Assembly: GCA_963701185.1 (NCBI GenBank)
Contig: OY969569.1
Span: 34,865 to 98,864, forward strand
Direction of reading: 5' to 3'
Source: Candidatus Gottesmanbacteria bacterium
Lineage (GTDB): Bacteria > Patescibacteriota > Microgenomatia > UBA10105 > UBA927
Length of the DNA: 64,000 nucleotides
In this document: positions 51,101-57,770 of the stretch, one piece after another
How positions within the stretch are numbered: position 1 is the first letter of the stretch
Layout: each line of letters starts with the position of its first letter
Position numbers and translations under genes: made by a program
The notes under the pieces: generated by a model
What the model was told of the DNA's origin: nothing
What the model saw: the letters and a program-made list of their open reading frames with translations, nothing else
Database searches by the model: none

Positions 51101-51231
51101 AAAAGTGGCTTAAAGATCGCAAGAATAGAGTTCTAACTAACGCAGACATTGAACACTATCAGAAAATGATTGTTGCGTTGGCGGAGACGGGAAGAATTAT
51201 GAAGAAAATAGATCTAATTGCACAATTTTGA
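48172..51231 (+). CDS. Single-chain restriction-modification enzyme (Type IIG, ISP-like C-terminal specificity domain, m6A MTase)
   Basis: KPDF..IEAK nuclease; GAYYTP, LDPAVGTGTF, GNPPY; YRPFD; no helicase motifs seen. Confidence 0.88.
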   Translation: MQNIFDDYIQSISSKFSHEETSEMGYRTDFEILIKGIFESINVKRIDHDAKAQQGNKPDFVVLNHDVPILYIEAKDIGVSLDKVEKSEQMSRYYGYANLILTDYVEFRFYRNGQRYEDPIKVANYKLKNRTITPIPENYEHASKTLLDFTQSHKEPIRSGKHLSKIMGGKAQRIRDNVRYFLSSESEKNAELVRVYETIKKLLVHDLTPDTFADMYAQTLVYGLFIARYYDDSPDNFTRQEARDLIPTSNPLLRHFFDHIVGPDFDKRLEYIVNELCEVFSHANIPELMREYFKVDLWGKTHTGPDPVIHFYEDFLKEYDDDLRKKMGAYYTPLPVVQFIVRSVDYLLEKEFGLAAGLADTSKTASGVHRVQILDPAVGTGTFISDVIGKIYARILKGRQEGRWPTYVHHDLLPRLHGFELMMAPYTIAHLKLGIAFKQTGFKYFNRRLGIYLTNSLEGGPIQGEMFTGFGFAESIAEEAKEASKIKNEKPIMVVVGNPPYSISSSNKGEWILNLIKDYKKNLHERKINLDDDYIKFIRFAEHFVEKNGSGVVAMITNNSFVDGITHRQMRKHLLETFDDIYILNLHGSSKKKEIAPDGGKDENVFDIQQGVAISMFVRKEKEKKGLGIVHYSEIYGKRDDKFKALDESNLQKINWKSLDYSEPYYFFAPKDFSANEEYKKGFKLADLFMNYNTGIQTKRDNLTIQFDERSIEQAKDDLINLDDKALRLKYRLPADGRDWTIESARKDLIKNDPVVERILYRPFDTRYTLYTGKTKGFLAYPRSETSRHLIGKENISLITLRLNGENEKFVILQTKYLIEKGSLASGNYSFFPLYLYEDGGLKITNLKKEIIDEIEKIVGKVSPEDIFDYIYAVLHSPRYREKYKEFLKIDFPRVQYPKNVESFKKLVSFGAELRSLHLLESPKVNQLITTYPVAGSDMIEKLTYKDGKVFINKDQYFGDVPGLAWNFYIGGYQPAQKWLKDRKNRVLTNADIEHYQKMIVALAETGRIMKKIDLIAQF

Positions 51232-51252
51232 GTATTAAAAATAGGAAGTAAA

Positions 51253-51462
51253 ATGATTAGACAACCGGTTACATCATCAGATTTAGCAAGTGTTGGATAC
51301 GATAATGAAGGAAAGATTCTTGAGATAGAATTTAATTCTGGTCAGGTCTATCAATATTTTGCTGTTCCAGAATATATTTATGAGGGCTTGATGAACGCGA
51401 CTTCTCATGGAAAGTATTTTAATCAGGAGATAAAAGATAACTATCAATTTCAAAAACTTTAA
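51253..51462 (+). CDS. KTSC domain protein
   Basis: V.SS.LASVGYD....LEIEF.SG.VYQY..VP....L..A.S.GKYFN..IK. Confidence 0.92.
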   Translation: MIRQPVTSSDLASVGYDNEGKILEIEFNSGQVYQYFAVPEYIYEGLMNATSHGKYFNQEIKDNYQFQKL

Positions 51463-51463
51463 A

Positions 51464-53086
51464 ATGAGGATAAGAACAGTTGTAATAAAGAATTATAAAT
51501 GCATAGGTCCTGATCAAATCACAATTGATTTTTCTGAAAATATTGTTGTTTTAATTGGTGAAAACAACGTGGGAAAATCGGCAATTTTAGGCGCGTTAGA
51601 TTATTTTTTCTCCGGAATTAAAACATTGCCACCTGAGCATTTTTATAACAAGCAGAACGATTTTGAGCATGCGATTACAATCACGATTACCTTTTGCGAT
51701 TTGACTCCTGGAGACAAAGCGCATCAAGCTGTTAGTCCCTATATAACGACCCAAGGAAGCGAAAAGCTATGGATATTAAGGAAAGTCTATTACTACGATG
51801 CCGATGGTAAATCTAATTGCGATCACATAGCTATTGTTAACGGTGAAGAGAAAAGAAATCCGGCAGGATTAACTCAAAATCCAAACGATTTATTTACGGA
51901 GGAGAAGATGCAAAAAATATTTATTGAAGCCGTAAAGGACGTTAAAGAAGTGGTCGACGGCGGGCCAAAAACCCCGTTTAATCAAATATTTAATTTAATT
52001 TTAAGAGAAGATTTAGAACAAACCCCACAATACGCAACACTTTTGTCAGCATTAACAGCCTATGGGCAATTATTCCAAGGAGCTACGCAATTAACTAAAA
52101 TAAAGGATTTGGAAACGTCTATAACACAAAAGTTATCACGAACAATAATTGCGACAAGTAAGATTAAGGCAGAGTCTCCAAAAGCTGATAAATTACTTCC
52201 GATACCAAAGTTGACAACGAATGACGGTAGAATAATTGATGTTGATCCGTCCGAACAAGGACATGGTTTACAAAGATCAATAATATTTGCGTTGCTTGAA
52301 ATGTTAGCAGAAACAAATAGCCCGATAGACAAAGATGTTGGGCCTAATAACTTATTACTTATTGAAGAACCAGAAATATATATGCATCCCCAAATGGAAC
52401 GAAAAATCGCAGATACTCTATATGAGATTGCATCATCCGGAAAGGCTCAGGTAATATGTACGACACATTCTCCGATTTTTATTAGAATTGCGGATAAACA
52501 CAAAGCTATGGTTAGATTAGTAAGAAATGATGATGTTTTGAAGGCCATTCAAAGAAGTGATGTTTTTTCTGGGGATGACAGAGAGGAAAAAAGAAAGCAA
52601 TTAAGGATGATTACTAATTTTGACCCCACCGTTAACGAAATATTTTTTGCTAAAAGAATTGTTTTAGTAGAGGGTGATACAGAAGTAGCGGTATTTAGGG
52701 AGGCTGCAGAATTATTGAATTATTTTGAATCAGAAGTGAATAAACATAAAAAAAGAGATACAACATTTGTAAATTGCAGAGGCAAATGGACGATTAATTT
52801 ATTCCAAGAAGTGTTGAATCATTTTGATATTGATTATGTTGTTATTCATGATAAGGATGGTGAGGCTCTTGATGAGGGCGCAAATGGGAAGATTTTAACT
52901 TTGTTGAGCAATATTGAGGATAGACGTAGGTATTTTGATGATAAAATTGAAACAGTAATTGGGATAAGAGATGTTGGAAGCGAGAAACCAATTAGGGCTC
53001 TTGAACGAATTAATCAACTTCATGATGAGGGTGGTTTAGAACATGCGTTTGGAAGTTTTATAAAATTCGCATATGATATAGTTTAG
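51464..53086 (+). CDS. OLD-family ABC-ATPase/TOPRIM nuclease
   Basis: GENNVGKS, QGHGLQR, IEEPEIYMHP, TTHSP, LVEGDTE, HDKD. Confidence 0.9.
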   Translation: MRIRTVVIKNYKCIGPDQITIDFSENIVVLIGENNVGKSAILGALDYFFSGIKTLPPEHFYNKQNDFEHAITITITFCDLTPGDKAHQAVSPYITTQGSEKLWILRKVYYYDADGKSNCDHIAIVNGEEKRNPAGLTQNPNDLFTEEKMQKIFIEAVKDVKEVVDGGPKTPFNQIFNLILREDLEQTPQYATLLSALTAYGQLFQGATQLTKIKDLETSITQKLSRTIIATSKIKAESPKADKLLPIPKLTTNDGRIIDVDPSEQGHGLQRSIIFALLEMLAETNSPIDKDVGPNNLLLIEEPEIYMHPQMERKIADTLYEIASSGKAQVICTTHSPIFIRIADKHKAMVRLVRNDDVLKAIQRSDVFSGDDREEKRKQLRMITNFDPTVNEIFFAKRIVLVEGDTEVAVFREAAELLNYFESEVNKHKKRDTTFVNCRGKWTINLFQEVLNHFDIDYVVIHDKDGEALDEGANGKILTLLSNIEDRRRYFDDKIETVIGIRDVGSEKPIRALERINQLHDEGGLEHAFGSFIKFAYDIV

Positions 53087-53090
53087 TCGC

Positions 53091-53849
53091 ATGTCTCAAT
53101 ACTACAATCCCCATCGCGTAAAGAATAAGTATGAGGAGGGTGCAACTGAGTTGTTCAGGCTCAGCCGGTCGAAGGTGGATCTGTTTATCAACTGCCCGAG
53201 GTGCTTTTATCTGGACCGCAAGCTTGGGGTGGGGCAGCCGCCGGGGTATCCGTTTTCGCTTAATTCAGCCGTTGATAAGCTCTTGAAGAAAGAATTTGAT
53301 ATCCACCGGGCGAAGGGGACGCGGCATCCCTTGATGGAGCATTACGGCATTGATGCGATACCGCTTGCGCATGAAAAGATGAATGAGTGGCGCGATGCGC
53401 TGCGCGGGGGGATTACGTTTCAGATTGAAGGATCGAACGTAGTCGTGACCGGAGGAGTTGATGACGTGTGGTTGGCGCCTAACGGAGAGTATTATATCGT
53501 CGATTACAAAGCGACGTCCAAGGATGCGGAGGTCACGCTGGATGCTGACTGGCAAATAGGCTACAAGCGGCAGATGGAAATATACCAGTGGCTGTTCCGG
53601 AAGAACGGATTTCGGGTGTCCGATACCGGATATTTTGTGTATTGCAACGGGAATACCGACAAGAAGGCGTTTGACGGGAAATTGGAGTTTGATATCAAAA
53701 TTATTCCCTACGTTGGCGACGATTCGTGGGTTGCGGGAACGATCCATGATGCGATTAAATGCTTGCAAAGCGAGCACTTACCTGCGTCGGGGGCGGATTG
53801 TGATTATTGCAAATACAGGAAAGCGGTACGGCCGTTTGAAACTGCCTAA
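53091..53849 (+). CDS. PD-(D/E)XK nuclease (RecB/AddB/Cas4-like, four Cys)
   Basis: LSRS...CPRCF, GGVDD, IVDYK, Q..IY, CDYC. Confidence 0.85.
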   Translation: MSQYYNPHRVKNKYEEGATELFRLSRSKVDLFINCPRCFYLDRKLGVGQPPGYPFSLNSAVDKLLKKEFDIHRAKGTRHPLMEHYGIDAIPLAHEKMNEWRDALRGGITFQIEGSNVVVTGGVDDVWLAPNGEYYIVDYKATSKDAEVTLDADWQIGYKRQMEIYQWLFRKNGFRVSDTGYFVYCNGNTDKKAFDGKLEFDIKIIPYVGDDSWVAGTIHDAIKCLQSEHLPASGADCDYCKYRKAVRPFETA

Positions 53850-53892
53850 CCTATCTCTATATTTTTATCCGCATTTTGGTATCATGTTGGTA

Positions 53893-54516
53893 ATGCTCGT
53901 ATTTATTGATGATTCAGGAGATCCCGGATTTAAACTCGATAGAGGTTCCAGCCCCGTCTTTGTTATTTCCCTCACCATTATTGATGATAATTTGGAAGCA
54001 GAAAAAACATCGGTTGCGATAAAAGAGTTGCGCCGGAAATTGAAAGTACATGATGCATATGAGTTTAAGTTTAATAATTGCCATAAACGTTTCAAGAATG
54101 CATTTTTTTCTGCAGTATTACCGTTTATCTTTCGTGTCCGGGCGATAGTGGTAAAAAAATCCGTCATACGAAGTACGCATCTGCAAACTCATAAAGAAAA
54201 TTTTTATAACTATATTGTGATGCAGGTATTGAAACATAGTGTTGGTTCCGTCAAATCAGCGAGGTTAAAGTTTGATAAACGCGGTGAAAAAGCGCTTCGT
54301 AACGAGTTGCGGGTGTATTTGAGTTCAGAACTTGATAATAAACATAAGAATGTATTTACCGACTTCAAATTTGTTGATTCAAAACAAAACACACTTATTC
54401 AACTTGCGGATATGATAGCAGGTGCAATATTTGCGGCGTATTCGCGAAAAGACTCATCCTATGTTAATAAATTGCGGAAAGCGAAAAAGATTGAGGATAT
54501 TTGGGAGTTTCGATAA
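53893..54516 (+). CDS. DUF3800 family protein
   Basis: FIDDSGD, EFKF, VDSK...IQLADMIAG; TGgTATCAT 7 nt before ATG. Confidence 0.88.
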   Translation: MLVFIDDSGDPGFKLDRGSSPVFVISLTIIDDNLEAEKTSVAIKELRRKLKVHDAYEFKFNNCHKRFKNAFFSAVLPFIFRVRAIVVKKSVIRSTHLQTHKENFYNYIVMQVLKHSVGSVKSARLKFDKRGEKALRNELRVYLSSELDNKHKNVFTDFKFVDSKQNTLIQLADMIAGAIFAAYSRKDSSYVNKLRKAKKIEDIWEFR

Positions 54517-54596
54517 AAAAATCGACCCTCATTCCTATCCAAACGTTAGTTTGGAACGCGCACCATACGGTGACAATTCGGAATAAGGGTCTTTGT
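54515..54596 (-). ncRNA. DUF3800-associated small structured RNA (candidate)
   Basis: Three-way junction; own extended -10 at 54603-54611; U7 tail. Confidence 0.65.
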
Positions 54597-54681
54597 ATAT
54601 GTAGTATAGCACGATTGTTACGACGTATCCACTTTGGGTTATTGTAACAATATATCTGTATACTTGACACAAGTTTGGGGA

Positions 54682-55119
54682 TTAATAGATAAATGGAATA
54701 AGGCGGCGGGTGCGGGATTTGTACTCCGAATAGCCTTTGAATTTAACAGGAAGGAGTTGTTCTTCGACTGATATTTTCTTCAGCAGTACCACGGTTTCAA
54801 GAAGAAATATTGTGAACCGCACCCACGTAAAGGAATCCAACACCAGCGCCCCAAAACCGAAAATGAGTGCCGTGTACATGGGATTGCGGATGAAGCGGTA
54901 GGGGCCGGTTGAGAGAAGATGAGCATTGCGGGCCGGTTCGGGGTCAACGCGGAACGTGCTTTTCCTCAGCATCGTCGTCACCGCCCATGCGCCCAGGGCG
55001 ATGGCCAGAAGTTCGATACCCAGAAGATAAATGTTTTTTGCCACAAGCGGGCCGGAGATAAGGAAAAGGAGAATGAATAATTTTTGTAAAAATACAAGTA
55101 ACGATGACTTATATTTCAT
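54682..55119 (-). CDS. ICMT/PEMT-family membrane methyltransferase
   Basis: TGPYRFIRNPMY, EE..L..KF..Y..Y, RLIPFIY. Confidence 0.88.
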   Translation of the reverse strand: MKYKSSLLVFLQKLFILLFLISGPLVAKNIYLLGIELLAIALGAWAVTTMLRKSTFRVDPEPARNAHLLSTGPYRFIRNPMYTALIFGFGALVLDSFTWVRFTIFLLETVVLLKKISVEEQLLPVKFKGYSEYKSRTRRLIPFIY

Positions 55120-55157
55120 CCTACACTAAGGATACCACGTTCGTGTACACTGATAGT

Positions 55158-55385
55158 ATGGAAAATCAGATAACGATTGCGGTGTGGGTGATCGCAATCC
55201 TCGTAAGTTTCGTTCCCATGCCCCTGATGTATAAAATCATCGGGATTATCGCTTGTATCATCCTGATCGCGTGGATGACGTATATGGCGCACCGGAATAA
55301 CCGTTTGTCCGCGTTGTCGCTCGTTATTAACCTCCTTATCATCGGCTGGGATCTGGCCGTCGTCTACATGGCGCTGACCCGGTAA
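55158..55385 (+). CDS. Small membrane protein
   Basis: Three hydrophobic segments; TACACT 6 nt before ATG. Confidence 0.7.
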   Translation: MENQITIAVWVIAILVSFVPMPLMYKIIGIIACIILIAWMTYMAHRNNRLSALSLVINLLIIGWDLAVVYMALTR

Positions 55386-55439
55386 GCCGGACGCCGATAT
55401 CCGATTATTTACACGGAATAGACCGGCGGATATAATGAA

Positions 55440-55856
55440 ATGACAATGGCCATGCAACCTGCGCCTGTAAAAAAGATACTTATCGTCGAGGATGACAAGT
55501 ATCTGCGTGATTTGTACATCGAAATTCTTGAAGATGAAGGATTTTTTGTAGAAAACGCCGCAGACGGCGAAGAAGGGTATAAAAAAATCTTTCATGGCGG
55601 ATACGACCTGGTGCTTCTGGACCTCATGCTCCCCAAGATGGACGGATTGACGATACTGCAGAAGATTCAGAAGGAAACGCTGCCGATACAACCGAACAAA
55701 ATGATTGTTGTCCTTTCCAATCTCGGACAGGAGACAACAGTTGCCAAAGCCATCGCTCTCGGTGCGCGGGCATACATGATTAAAAGCGACTATTCACCAA
55801 ATCAGGTTATTTACAAGATCAAGAAATACCTTGCATCAGTCCCAGCGGCAGAGTAA
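55440..55856 (+). CDS. Stand-alone response regulator receiver
   Basis: ILIVEDD, LLDLMLPKMDG, LSN, YMIK. Confidence 0.92.
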   Translation: MTMAMQPAPVKKILIVEDDKYLRDLYIEILEDEGFFVENAADGEEGYKKIFHGGYDLVLLDLMLPKMDGLTILQKIQKETLPIQPNKMIVVLSNLGQETTVAKAIALGARAYMIKSDYSPNQVIYKIKKYLASVPAAE

Positions 55857-57084
55857 ACGCAAATGTGGTGCCAAACCCAGGTTCACTTTTAACGAGTGCA
55901 ACATCTCCCCGCATAAGTTGAGCCAATTTTTTGGATATATAAAGGCCCAAACCGGTGCTCTTCGTCGGAACCAGCGGGTGAGTTTCCTTGATTTGCCCGA
56001 AGCGTTTGAACAGTAAGCCCTGCGATTCCCGTGATATGCCGCTGCCGGTATCCGTTATTGTCGTCGCGAAGGTTGAGCCCGTGATTGCATGCGTTATGGT
56101 CACTCCGCCACGAATCGTATACTTCAGGCCATTCCCAATCAGATTCGATAACACTTCTGCCGCCTTTGTACGATCCGCAACCACCATACGCTCGGAAATA
56201 TTTATTTCGTGATGAACATACAGATTACGTTCGCGGGCCAAGAGCGCAAGATTGTCAATGACCTCGTCGGTAAGGGTGACAATATCAAACTTCTCGGCTT
56301 TTATTTCTAGCCTGCCCTGATCAATCCGTGAAATGTCTAGGAACTCATTGACGAGTCGTACCAGATGCTCCGATGTTTCATCGGTCCTTCGCAAGTGTTC
56401 TATAATTTTTTCCCGCGGCAAGATCTCAAATTTCTCCAAAAGAAGCGATACAGTCATCCGGATAATGGTAAGCGGTGTACGCAGTTCGTGGGCCGCGGCA
56501 GAAAAGAATGCCTGTTCTTCTCTCACCCGGGCCGCCTGTTTACTGTTGTCCTCGAACATAAATATAACAGCTGCGACCATCTGACCCGTCATGAGGGGTA
56601 GTATTGTACCGCTCACGGGGAATGCCCCGCGCTGGCTGACCAACTCACTATTGTCAGGCAAATGCTGTGTTTTTCCGGCAAAGGCTGCTTCAAACAATGC
56701 ATAATTATCCGCCTCACCCGCTGCGCGAATATGAAACACCTCTTTGTACGACATCCCCACCTCGGTAGCAAAATCCAGGAATTTTTTTGCCTGTTCATTC
56801 ATGAGTCTCACAACACGGTTCTGATCTATAATGATCACGGCACGGTCCATCTGGGTAATAACGAGACCGGCGTATTTTTCGTACTCGCTGGCGCCCTGCA
56901 CGGTTTTGAATTTTTCAGCCTCTAACCCTGCCTGTGTTTTAGCTGCGGCAAGATCGCGTTTCAAGCTTTTGATTTGGTTTTCATACTGTTTCTTTTTACG
57001 GTGCTGCAAGAACAGTATTATTCCCACTGAGGCAAGCGCAAAAAATAGAAAAATACCCAGAATATAGAGAAGGATGAAGGACAT
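55819..57084 (-). CDS. PAS-containing sensor histidine kinase
   Basis: AAHELRTPL, NLIGNGLKYT, DTGSGI, STGLGL. Confidence 0.92.
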   Translation of the reverse strand: MSFILLYILGIFLFFALASVGIILFLQHRKKKQYENQIKSLKRDLAAAKTQAGLEAEKFKTVQGASEYEKYAGLVITQMDRAVIIIDQNRVVRLMNEQAKKFLDFATEVGMSYKEVFHIRAAGEADNYALFEAAFAGKTQHLPDNSELVSQRGAFPVSGTILPLMTGQMVAAVIFMFEDNSKQAARVREEQAFFSAAAHELRTPLTIIRMTVSLLLEKFEILPREKIIEHLRRTDETSEHLVRLVNEFLDISRIDQGRLEIKAEKFDIVTLTDEVIDNLALLARERNLYVHHEINISERMVVADRTKAAEVLSNLIGNGLKYTIRGGVTITHAITGSTFATTITDTGSGISRESQGLLFKRFGQIKETHPLVPTKSTGLGLYISKKLAQLMRGDVALVKSEPGFGTTFAFTLPLGLMQGIS

Positions 57085-57086
57085 AG

Positions 57087-57158
57087 TACCGCGTAAGGGA
57101 GTCGGACCCTTGTTGATAGATTGAGAATCTACCGTACTAACCGTTATACGAACGCGGC
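57087..57158 (-). tRNA. tRNA-Glu(CTC), CCA not encoded, T-loop TCCGACT
   Basis: Acceptor GCCGCGT/ACGCGGT; anticodon arm GTAGA-TTCTCAA-TCTAT. Confidence 0.9.
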
Positions 57159-57186
57159 GACTGAAGCTAATTTTACCAGCTTAGTC

Positions 57187-57273
57187 TTGACATAGCAACA
57201 CAAATAGGGTACAATTTTTTAGTATTTATTAACCGCTCCCTAGATCCTATCCGACCGTAGGGAGGTTTTTTTT
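57187..57273 (+). promoter_or_regulatory. greA promoter and leader terminator/attenuator
   Basis: TTGACA-17-TACAAT, then CTCCCTA/TAGGGAG hairpin plus T8 before the ATG. Confidence 0.7.
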
Positions 57274-57285
57274 GATTAGAGATTT

Positions 57286-57753
57286 ATGGAACCAAACGGT
57301 AAAGTTCTCCTGACAAAAGAAGGTTTGCAGGAGCTTAAAAAAGAATATTCCGAACTGACCACGGTAAAGCGGCCCGTTGCGGTGCAGCGCCTTTCCGATG
57401 CCCGCGAGCTCGGAGATCTGTCCGAAAACAGCGAATATGCGGCAGCCAAACAGGATTTATCATTCATTGACGGACGGATTCTGGAACTTGAGGAAATTAT
57501 CCACGGCGCCAAACTTATTTCCGGAAACCACACGAAAAGCATGGTGGACGTGGGATGTAAAGTCATCCTGCATGTTGACGGTAAAAAAGAAGAGTTTATG
57601 CTGGTCGGCGAATGGGAAGCAGATCCTAAAGAGAAGAAAATCTCCCACGAGTCACCGCTCGGGAAGGCTCTCATGGGTAAAAAAGTCGGAGACCGCGTGG
57701 AAGTAGAGGCCCCGGCAGGTAAAATTCTCTACAAAATCCTCGGTATTGAGTAA
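57286..57753 (+). CDS. greA: Transcription elongation factor GreA
   Basis: LTKEG, ARELGDLSENSEY, ISHESPLGKALMG; upstream of lysS. Confidence 0.95.
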   Translation: MEPNGKVLLTKEGLQELKKEYSELTTVKRPVAVQRLSDARELGDLSENSEYAAAKQDLSFIDGRILELEEIIHGAKLISGNHTKSMVDVGCKVILHVDGKKEEFMLVGEWEADPKEKKISHESPLGKALMGKKVGDRVEVEAPAGKILYKILGIE

Positions 57754-57770
57754 CATGGTAGAATAAAACC

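Noticed and set aside
53091-53849. Cas4 as part of a CRISPR-Cas locus (with the Cas2-like gene at 21731)
   Set aside because: No cas1, effector genes or array seen; treated as a stand-alone PD-(D/E)XK nuclease.
51464-53849. Gabija system
   Set aside because: The gene after the OLD nuclease is not a UvrD helicase.
53635-53892. N-terminal extension of DUF3800
   Set aside because: Overlaps the upstream nuclease gene; the family motif begins at 53893.
45000-57100. Integrated element with att sites at tRNA-Glu
   Set aside because: No integrase and no second copy of the tRNA-Glu 3' end found by eye.
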